DNA of 59,406 nucleotides, counting the filler, from Sphacelaria rigidula (lineage: Eukaryota): the NCBI GenBank assembly GCA_964200075.2. It is 7 parts of 7 records of this genome, joined end to end, with 100 filler letters (N's around TTAATTAATTAA, not from the genome) between each part and the next. Parts side by side here need not be neighbours in the genome. Positions count along the whole stretch, not along the records: positions 34,006 to 42,406 come from CAXNAA020011271.1; positions 42,507 to 50,906 come from CAXNAA020011272.1; 5 more parts are not named here. One strand, written 5' to 3'. Shown in pieces: positions 34,701-44,919 of the stretch. The position numbers and the translations under genes were made by a program. Position 1 is the first letter of the stretch; the number at the start of each line of letters is the position of its first letter. The notes under the pieces are model-generated. The model searched no databases and was not told where the DNA came from. It saw only the letters and a program-made list of their open reading frames with translations.

Positions 34701-37700
34701 CTGTATCTTGCGCAGCTCCACCGTCTTGGATCCTACAGCGTCCTCACTTCTACGTTGCTCCAGCTTGAGCTTGTTGAGCTCAGCTCCCATCGCGTCAATC
34801 TGGTTCATCATGGAATCCCAAACGACGAAGCACAAAGCACCACAAACCATTTCCTCAGCAAAAATACACTCCCCACACTGCACGTTTACGATTCATGACT
34901 AGTTGGGCGCCAATAACTATCCAGTGAAGATGTGATGTGAGTAGTTGTCTGCAACAACTGTTGGACAAGGAACCTGTGCGACTGGTCTGTGGACAACTCT
35001 GCAAGAAAATGTTGGGCAAGCAGCTACCTGTACACAACTGTCGGAAGAGCAAGGTGCGCGACGAGTTGCCCGCAGACAACTACTAAATGAAAACATTGGG
35101 CAACTAGTTGCCTGTGGACAGCTGTAGGGTAAAGATATCACACAACGAGTCGCCAGACTACGGAAATTGCATAAGGCACGTGTGCAACGAGTCGCCTGAC
35201 AACTATTAGATGAGAAACGTGTGAAACTAGTTGCCTGTGGTACACTACTCGACGAAAACATGAGGCGCCTAATGACCCAGCGACATATTATAGCGCGACG
35301 TCATTTCGTGAAACTTTTGTTCAATTTCATCCTCTTACTCTTTGACCACCAGCCTCGTAACGGAATAGTTTCGCCAACGGATAGGCCAGGGGTATTCCAG
35401 CGACCCCGGCGGCGAGTGCGGCTCTTGAGGGAAAGCGAGTGCGGATTCCTAGATAGGTCAAGCGGAAACTCCTCGAAGTCATCCACGTCTGTTTCCAGGA
35501 AGGTTCCATCAGAAGGTAGATAACTACTGGATGACAATGTTGGGGTAATAGTGGTCCGTGGAGGATTACTCAAGAGAAAAAGAAGGGCAATTCGTCGCCT
35601 GTAGACAAATGCAGGATAGAAGCATCACACAAATACAACTGGTTACCTGCAGAGTAATACTGATCGAGGAACTTGATAAATTAGTTGCCTGTAGACAACA
35701 GCTAAGTGAGCAACTTACGCGACTAGTGAGCTGTAGACAACTGCTGGATAAAACTATCACACGACTAGTCGCCGGTTGACAACTAGAAGATGAAAAGCTG
35801 TGCAACTCGTCGCCAGTGGAGAAAGACTCAATGAACAGGTTTGGCAACTAGTTGCCTGTACACGACTACTGGATGAAAATGTCGAGAAACTAGTCGCCAG
35901 TGGACAACTATCGGGTGAGAATCTAGTGCAAACAGTCGTCTGTGGAAAACTACTCAGAGAAGGGCAATGTACAAAAAGAGTACAGCCTCATGTGTTTGGA
36001 ACAAGAAATGGTAACACATTTTTCGGTTTGGGGCGCGGCGCTGTACGCAGGCTGAACCCATCGGAAACACGCTCCAGCGTCTCAGCCCAACGCCCGAGGT
36101 GTCTGGGCAGCATGCCCTACCATTTCTTCATTTTCCGAACGTGATAATAAGCTTAACTACGGCGCGGAAAAGGAGAGCTTGTGCGAGTACTTTTTTTCGT
36201 AAACAAACCGGAAGAGTACACCCTGCTCTGTGCTAAAAAATTTATATCTTATCCTTTCTTGTTAACGTGTGTACTCTTTAAGGCTCAAGTGCACCCTTTT
36301 CTGTGAAATGGTGACCGTACCACCGGCTTCGCAGAAGATGCGCCGAACAGTCACAACCATACTCATTCTTTTTTTGTGAAATAACACCCCGCGCAAAAGG
36401 CGGAAACCCAACGACCAATAAATTGTAGCCCCCTGCCGGTTTGCCCGCAGACGCGGAAGATCCGACGATGCATACAGGGCGCGAACGCTTGTGTGCCAGA
36501 GCTCACAAAGTTCCAACGAGCATGCGTGGAAACCTTGGCGACGCACACACGCCCGAACGGCATCATGTGGCGTAACCATTTTCATTGAACGATGGATGAC
36601 ATGGGAACGAACAATGGGTGTGATACTCTGCTCATAGTTTCTTACGCCTGCCTGACCCCTTCCGTGTTCCCAGCATGGCTTCACGCTGGTTGTACTGTTG
36701 TGGAACAAAAAACACAGATATCAGCAGCGTCCACTTGACTTTGTTCGGTAGAGAGCGAAGGCACCACGACTGTCTTCTTGCCGGTGTTTCCAGCAAAAAC
36801 ATACAACACCCGTACTGAATCTGCACACACTTGACAGTGAGGTGAGAACAGGTCGGAGGTTCTTCGGGACTGTGAGCTTTGGTCCCGATCCACAAATTAC
36901 AGATCCTGTAACGGTCTGGTGTTTCACGTGGTGACGCCACATGATGCCGTTCGGGCGTGTGTGCGTCGGCAAGATTTTCCACACATGCTCGTTGGATCTT
37001 TGTGGGCTCCGGCACACAACCGTTCGCGCCCTGTCCACATCGTTGGATCTTCCGGGTCCGCGGGCCAACCAGCAGGGGGGCTACAATTCCTTGCTCGTTG
37101 GGTTTCTGCCTTTTGCGCGGGGTGTAATTTCACACAGAAATGGGTGGTTGTGAGTGCCCGGCGTATCTTCTGCGGAGCCGGCGGCACGGTCACCACGTCA
37201 CAAAAAAGGGTTAAGAAGGATTTGAACGTAAGCATTACTATAGCCACCGATAGTTCGGCTGGGTTAAAATCCTGTAATACTGAGTTGTCTGGGTACTTGA
37301 GCTTGCCACGCAGAACACATAATCTGCGTCGATGTATCATGCCGGGGCGAACGGGTGCACGCAGCATTCCTGGAAAACCAAAAAGGGCAGGCAGCCCTCA
37401 GGGTTCCTCCTCATGCTGACCAAGTTAAGTCCGCACACAATACAGCAGCAAGAATCGTTCTAGAGTGTGCTATAAAATGTCATTTTGTTCGACTTTTTCT
37501 GTTCCTTCTTTTTCTTAAGCGAGTGTTTCAGTTATGTTTTTCTTTGGGTACATCTATCATGTGACCACGGCTGGATCATGACTACCTGGGGGGTCAGTTA
37601 AAGTGCGAAAGTCAATCAATCAATCGATCAATCGATCAATTAATGGCACACTAGCACCGGCATGTTGATTGTTCAGTTCGTGTTCCGCGTCGTCCCACGT

Positions 37701-40700
37701 TGGGAGGGATGTGAATCATTACTCGCATCGTGGGGTTTTCAGGGTGTGATGTACGTGGAGACACTCGTGTATCTGCATGTTCGCAGGGTAATGCCTCCTT
37801 AAGCTACTGACATGTCGCTGAACGTCGAAATCAGATCCGAACGTCGACATCAGACTGTTCCAAGTTTTCTTTACTGCCTCAAGCAGCGTTTCGAAAGTGA
37901 CTACTTTCGTGCAAAGCGTTGATCAAAGCTTCTGCAAAAAAATGGCCGACCCCAATCCCGGTCCCCCCTCCCCCTTTCCACTTCCTCGCATGCGGGGTAG
38001 TCTTTTTTGTTTGTGGTACGGGTACAACACATGCTAACATGCCGTACCTCGATGCGAGACTTGCTTCTTGCTTCCGACAAGGCGGCGTTGGCCTTGTCCA
38101 CGGCTTTCTTCAGCGACGCCTCGAAGCTCTTCACGTCTCTCGGGGTGTAACGCCCCACGGACCCTGATGTGGTTTATATTCATCAAGTCGATCATTTCAC
38201 AGTCATTGGACAAGATCGAAAGTACTTGTAAAAATGAAATCGAAGCACATGCACCGATGCAGACACGATCGTTTCCGTTCTTGTCTTCCTCGTGTTTCGA
38301 GGAAGCACACCACATGAACAACAACAACAACAACAGTAGCAGCAGCAACAGCAACAGCAAAAATCAACGAAGAGTTCTCCCACCATAATTGCGGCTCTGT
38401 TATCATACCCGAATTGAGCTGTTTGTGTCAACGGGAACTTCTCTATATCGATTTATCGATTTATCGATTTATCGATTGATGTTCGCACATGAACCGCCGT
38501 CACAATATAGACGCAACTAAGGTGAATAAAAACGGAAGCACTCGCTGAAGGGAGCTTAATAGAGGGGGGGGGGGGGCGTACTCATTTGTTGCTTGCCTTA
38601 GTCATTTGACCATTGACCACGCATCGGGGGAATGAAGCTAGGAAGGGAAAACCAAGTAAACTGGAAAACCACAAACGGAACAAGCACAAAGAAGGAAGGA
38701 GAAAACGTTCGAGAAAAAAAAAAAAAGCCTCAATCAAACTAGATGATGTGTCTGATAGGTGCGGCAACAAAAGGGCAAAGTAACCTGCAAGCGATGTCTC
38801 TCTGGCTTCACAGTGTATATGACCCGTACTCTCACTGCTGTACCGCTGACACTCTCCCGCTCATCTAAGCCGTCGCTTCCAGTTTTTGTTTGTTTCCGTA
38901 CAAATGTAGTGCTATGTTCCAGCTAGGTACTGGCCACACTACTTGAAAAAAGTGATGCGGACACTGACGCTTCCAGGTGGGGGTGAAGAATCACACCAGG
39001 GCTCGATTTCGGGAAAATTCTCAAGAGAAAAACATATCTTGCGGTATGAATAACCAAAAATAGAAATGGGAAATGGCACACAAGTCTAATAAAAGCCGGG
39101 GGAAAGCAACTACACTCCCCCACGTGTGCCAGAAAAGAAGAACAGTGCACAAACGCTTCTGAGTGTGTGTTTAATATGACATGCATACCACGCTTGCCCG
39201 TAAGGAACGATCTTACAAATAGTAGCAATGCCGTCATTTACTACGAAGGAAAGCAGTATCTGATTTGCCCACACTCCCCCTTCAACGGATGTAAGTGCCG
39301 CCCATTTATCTGCCAAGGCCAACCCCAATTGTATTCACGGGGAAAAAATGAAGGCAAGATGTCAACCGGCATACGGCAGGCAAATACTACATCAAACAGC
39401 AGCAGGGTAATAATACGGTAACGAACGAACGGTGACGTGTTTCGCCATATAATGCATGAAGCTAGCTATCTATGACCACGGCTGAATCCTCCGAGGGATG
39501 GATTAAAATGCGATAACCAATCAATGAATCAAATCAAATGGTGGGGCCCTGGTGATGCCAATTTGTTTGCTCAGTGCTGCAACATCCGTGCACCTGCACA
39601 ACAACTGCACGGCACTGGTCTAGGATATCTACATACATTGTCCCATTCTTCTCTCCTCTGCAACTTTTACGTATCAAGTACAGTGCTTGTGCACTACGCA
39701 TAGTGCTGCCCCACATCTACGCGGTGTACAGCAGCACACCGAAGCACCAACAACGGAGCACTCCGTGTGATGTACTTACTTACTGTACGATGACTTCTCC
39801 AGCTACGTGCCCCGACCGAAAACAAACAGGCCGGCCACTGTTGACGGGCATGCTGCATTAAGTGCCTACCTCGACGCGGCGTGAGAACAAATGAAGCTGT
39901 CGCTTGACGTCAAGTATTTTCATCGTAAACCATTAAAGTGCGGTAATCAATCAATCAAAATCAAACAAAACAGCGAAACAAAAAAAACAAAAAAACAAAA
40001 ACACATGGACAGGGCTTTATTTCTGTCCGTTTCACGACCACGACGGAATCAATAGGTAAGCTGATCGCATAAATAGTAACGCATGCTTTTCGGGGGGTTT
40101 TGCCTGGGTCTCCCGCAGAACCGCCAGCCGAGGGCGCGATGTCGAAGATGTGGTACCGCTGCGCCAGCCGCTCCATCAAGCGATCTCGGGCTGCAACTAC
40201 TTTGTCCTGCCAGCACAATACACGCCACAGCAACACGGTGATGACCATAAATACGTGAAGAAATGTAGAGCAGTCTGTACGAAAATATACCGTGAGAAAA
40301 AAAAAATGAATGCCTGGCTTGTGCAGGATTGCAAGGGTCGGACGAATGGATGATTCCTCCGGAAATAACTTGATTTTAGTGTAACTGATTCGTACCGTAC
40401 GAATCAATCATCAGGCTCTGTTTTCAGCGTTGCAACCCAGGCACGCGCAGCCCAGGCGCGTGGAATGGCGCAAAAGTTGAATGGAGACCTGTTTGACCAG
40501 CGGTCGACTTTTTCCTCTCTTTCGAGTAATCAGGCCCAAGAAATCGTGGATTTGGTGATTCCAACCGGCGATGACTCGTCCGAACCGTGCAGGATCACAA
40601 GTTAACTTCCGAGTATTGTCTTTATCCATCCGATCGCTCGCGCGCTCACGTCTAGAATGTTCCACAGGTGTAGAATTTTTTTGCCGGCAGCATGTGGTGG

Positions 40701-41704
40701 AGAGATGAGAGTGTAGTCAAGTAGAATTCATGTGAATATTTCCGCCATAATGTTGGCATTGCGTTGATAGTGTGGTCACTTTGATTGTAGTATGCATGCC
40801 CTTAATACGATACACCATAGTATTTCAATGTTTGAGTGGCCGGCCAGAGGCATTCATCATCAGGAGCTCGCTTGCAATAAGGCAGGGATCAGGACCTTCG
40901 ACTTTTGCGTGGTACATTGTGATGATTGTTTTGTTTCTCAACATAAGCAGTGAAAGAAAACCGAAATAATGTACTGATAGACGATTTGATATTCGTCACC
41001 GGAGATGAGTGTCACATCATATCACATATATCCTCGCGTAATCTAGGATACGCGGGTTTTCTAAACCATGCTCTGCGCTTTTTTCCACACACAACACCAC
41101 AGCAGAAAAAAAGGGAAATATATGGGGTGTATGGGGTGTGAGTAATAATAAAAGCATTAGAGGTGATACGGGAAAAGGTACAGTGTGTTCATTTGGTTCT
41201 TGCTCCGATAAACCGCACGGAAAAAAGGAAAAGTATTGACAGTCCCGTGTGCTCCTCGCGTGCGCAGAATGCGTTTGCGTTGAAAACGGCGCCACAGGCG
41301 CCGATTGGGGGTATACCAATACCGCACTTTGCCTAGGGCATGCATCCGAACAGCCACCACCGCAACAACTACAAGAACGGCAACAGCAACATTTTGTAAC
41401 GGATGCAACGGACGCAACAGCAACGAAACCAACGACGCCAACAGCAACAATAGCAACAACAACCAAATCCACAATAGCGACAGAAACAACGTCAATAACA
41501 CCCGCAACATCACGCTAGCGCAAACGCCAACATCACCACCCCCAGAATCAATACCAAGAACAGGGGGGGCAACACAACCTGGTGCTGCAGCTGCGCCTGA
41601 AGCCTTCCTTCCTCTCTCCCAAGAGCCTCCTTCCTCCTCTTGGCCTCATTAGCCCGCCTGCTGCACTCATCAGCCTGGTCTCTATACATGCGAATTTCAT
41701 TCGC
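34701..41704 (-). CDS. RAD50: DNA repair protein RAD50, internal coiled-coil exons
   Basis: Exons 41579-41704, 40104-40206, 38048-38163, 34701-34799: KEALGREEGRLQAQLQHQ|DKVVAARDRLMERLAQRY..G|SVGRYTPRDVKSFEASL..|IDAMGAELNKLKLE. Matches my recollection of human RAD50 [55 protein letters not shown]. No ATPase motif lies in this contig. Confidence 0.75.
34897..35970 (+). repeat. ~20 degenerate 42-bp units in two blocks (34897-35267, 35515-35970)
   Basis: Consensus CAACTAGTTGCCTGTAGACAACTACTGGATGAAAATGTTGGG; unit starts at 35059, 35101, 35143, 35185 and 35636, 35678, 35720, 35762; 14-aa translation QLVACRQLLDENVG. Confidence 0.9.
36294..37210. mobile_element. Non-autonomous piggyBac-like element with ~285-bp terminal inverted repeats
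   Basis: Arms 36294-36578 and 36929-37210 are reverse complements; termini CCCTTTT...AAAAGGG; TTAA on the right (37211-37214), TGCA on the left. Confidence 0.7.
40332..40589 (-). mobile_element. hAT-type MITE, copy 4
   Basis: CAAGGGTCGGACGAAT...CTCGTCCGAACCGTG; flanks CAGGATTG / CAGGATCA (6/8 match). Confidence 0.85.
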
Positions 41705-41913
41705 CTGTAACAATCCACATACATATATACGCATGCGATATACATGAATATATTTATATATATGAACACAAAAATTATGACAGAAGGAGACCTTTGTTAA
41801 AAAGTGAGTGTCAGTGGGCCTTCGCATATCCACAAATTTCTACTTTGTCAAGGACGAAGCACTGCCTTCTTTTCGCGGGGTTTATGGAAGATGCGTGTCT
41901 TGAAGTGCACACA

Positions 41914-42240
41914 GCGCCCTGGAGGTTTAATGGTGCAAACTGAAACCATTAGGTTGGAAAAAAACGTGAGTCTGATTCCCGCCAAATATATATTTCGTTT
42001 TTTTTCTCCAAAGTATCTGATATCCGCCGGTGACAGCGAGCGGACGTGACTAGCAAAACGAGGTTGTTTGACTGAACTTGTTAGACGAGAGTCGACGCCG
42101 AGTCGACGCCGTGCGGGAGCGTTGATCCAATCCGCGATATCAAAATGCAAGGGGTGTACCGACGGAGAGCTGGGTTCATCTCTCGACATCACGGACATGT
42201 CCCGAGGAAGAGAAGGGGTAAAACGTCTGACGAAAAAAAA
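41914..42240 (+). mobile_element. SINE-like family 2, diverged copy 2
   Basis: GCGCCCTGGAGGTTTAATGGT head and body colinear with 15668-15970. Confidence 0.55.
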
Positions 42241-42632
42241 CGCACACACATACACCAGCATCCCAGGGCGCATATTGTGCCGCGTTTTCGGCGGGTAGGT
42301 TTTACTCACTCATCATATTTCTCATGGAGGGAGTGTACTCGTGATCATGCATGCCATAGTCATAAGACTATTGACCTCGCATCCCTACAATGCCGGGACG
42401 GAGCACNNNNNNNNNNNNNNNNNNNNNNNNNNNNNNNNNNNNNNNNNNNNTTAATTAATTAANNNNNNNNNNNNNNNNNNNNNNNNNNNNNNNNNNNNNN
42501 NNNNNNCAATGTGTCTTGTAAGGAAAAGCAAGGACGGTATTGGAGAGGCGAGCGTACGTCTGTGACCACGGGTTCGCGAGGTCGGACTAATGTGCGGAAA
42601 TAATAATAACATTAATAATGATGATGGTAATG

Positions 42633-42893
42633 GACTTCGCATCACTACAAAGCTGAGGCGGAGCACGCCGGGTTTTCTCTGGACGACGCTCGCACTCAAA
42701 CCACCAAGCGCGAAGCGCCATGGTGTGCTCTGCGAGTCGCATGAAGGGGGAGCTGCACACTGCTGAGATTGTTCGACCCGAAGCCGACTGATCTTGCATT
42801 TGGATGACAGCCAACATTGAGTTGCTTTCTTATGTGGTATCGCCGTTTCCAGGGACAGCCACGGCTTTTACACTGTTTCATGGATATCTAACC
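42633..42893 (-). mobile_element. Family B dispersed repeat, copy with (CAT/TAT)n tail
   Basis: CCAAGCGCGAAGCGCC.TGGTGT...GCGAGTCGCATGAAGGG...TTTGGATGACAGCC shared with 16551-16742. Confidence 0.75.
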
Positions 42894-44919
42894 AGTCTGG
42901 GGGGGAGGGAGGTGGGTTCCCGAGAACCTTCTCCATTCGCCCCCTTGTATACCCCACCATCAGCTCCCTACAAGCCCATCTCCCACGTGGTCCAGTTGGT
43001 AACCCCGGAACTTTCCGAAGATCGCGACGTTGATTCGGATTTCGGTGGAGTCACACCATGCGGCGTTAATATGGGAATAGAGCCAAAAGGGCAACAGTGC
43101 TCTTCACGAGAAAGTTGGGGTGCCAAAACAAGATACGAGGGAGAACTATGGTGTTGGCATTCTCTGGTGTGACCCCGGCGTGATGCGCCCACCTATACCG
43201 GAAGGTGTAGACTGATGTACAGGACGTACAGATTACAGGGGATGGAATAACGGCGAGCGCTGCCAGCACACACCGTAGCATTGGGGCCTCGTACTGCATG
43301 AGACGATATATTTCTTTGTTGCATCCTGCGCTTCGATGCGCCGCCGATATTATTCTATTAGAAGCGGACATACATGCGTTTATATCTTGGCATATGATCA
43401 TGAGTGTCGTGAGATCGGTGCCCTGCACCTCTGAATTGGTTCCCATATCAGGGCTAACTACGGAGCGATCCGAGCGGAACCGATTTTGGTGTGATGATGG
43501 CTGTCTCTGCAAGTGGAGAAGAGATAATACCCTCGAGTAAAATATAAGGTCATGGACCTCCGAACTCAAGGCGTGTTGACCCTTCCAGGAGCGGAGTGGA
43601 CGAACTGGGGATGAGGACCCATCGTGAATCGGCATAGCTTTCACTCGGATATTACTGAACATATTTTCACTTGGGAACGACTGGAAGTAAAGCCGAGTCA
43701 CAGACGCATCATGCGTGCAGCCAGGTCCAGCCCCTGGTCAACGGGAATATGGTCCCAAGAGGGTCGAGACCCGTCGTTGTATACCGCACCCGCTTTCCCC
43801 CTCCCGCGCTCTCACAAGCATCACGATATTCCGACGGACGTCTTGCCTGTACGACGGGAGTTCGATGCTTCGTTTTCCTCACTGCACAGGCCGTGTTATT
43901 CAGACCTGATGATGAGGATATTCACGCGAACACTGTTGGGAGAACATCGTTTTTATAGTGTGGAGGATGTCGCTGTTGTACAAGATACACACCTACACGG
44001 GCACGGTCGACCGATGCAGAGGCAGTCGGATATGTAGGGTGGAAAACACTGGAGTTCCTCCATCGCGTTTTTGATGCCAAAATGGAAAACGACTAATGGC
44101 GACTCTGTATACTTTACTGACGAGGCTATACCGTATGTAGGCTAAACACGCCCATACGACGATGCGACTTGACAAGCACCCGCGGGAGGTGATCGTTCCT
44201 CGCATTTTCTCTTCGTTGCCGTCAGGTTGTCTTCTTTTGTTCTACTTGTCGTTTTGGGATCTTCCCATCTCGCGTTTGGTCTCCGATGCGCAGCCCTTGT
44301 AATGCATCTATCTGAACAGCACTCCATACAGAAGACCTGCTTTGGAATTGGTCCATTCCATGCGACAGTTTCGATTATCGGCTTACTCGCTGTTACCACT
44401 TTGTGTAAACACTAGTATGCAAAGTAGTCGGACAGGTTAAACGCGGGGACTCGTTGGATTCCAACAAGTACGTCTCCTGTAGTTCAATCGGTCTCATACG
44501 GATTTTCGTAGTGAAGGTCCCTTTTTGTGTAGAAGTTTTGTCTCTTGCCTTCTTCTGCGGGCTGTTTGAGATATATGGGAATGGGTGGTATGCTCCTTAG
44601 TGTGACCAGAGGGATCGAGCTTGTGTGACGGATATGGTGATGATGCTGCTATAATACTTGAGGATGAGTATGGCCAGTGTGCGCGCTTGGTCGGTAAAAT
44701 GAGCCATATTACAGACACATGACGGGTTACACCAGCGTGTCGGTGTCGAAAAATCACCCGACTTTCTGCGTGTCATCTTCTGTCTTCGTCCGACCGAAAC
44801 CTATCCCTCCGGAATTCCCGGTCCTTTTTTGTGTGCTCTATGACGTGTGTGCTGCGTGATGATGTTCAAGCGACTGCCAACTGACGCCCGATGCCTCTTT
44901 TTCTATCGCCATGCTTCAG

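Noticed and set aside
34897..35970. CRISPR-like repeat-spacer array
   Set aside because: Variable parts are related to each other, repeats are degenerate, the period is a fixed 42 bp, there are no cas genes and the context is a eukaryotic intron
41249..41530. Gln/Thr/Asn-rich mucin-like ORFs (also 38315-38360)
   Set aside because: (CAA/CAG)n low-complexity tracts within RAD50 introns
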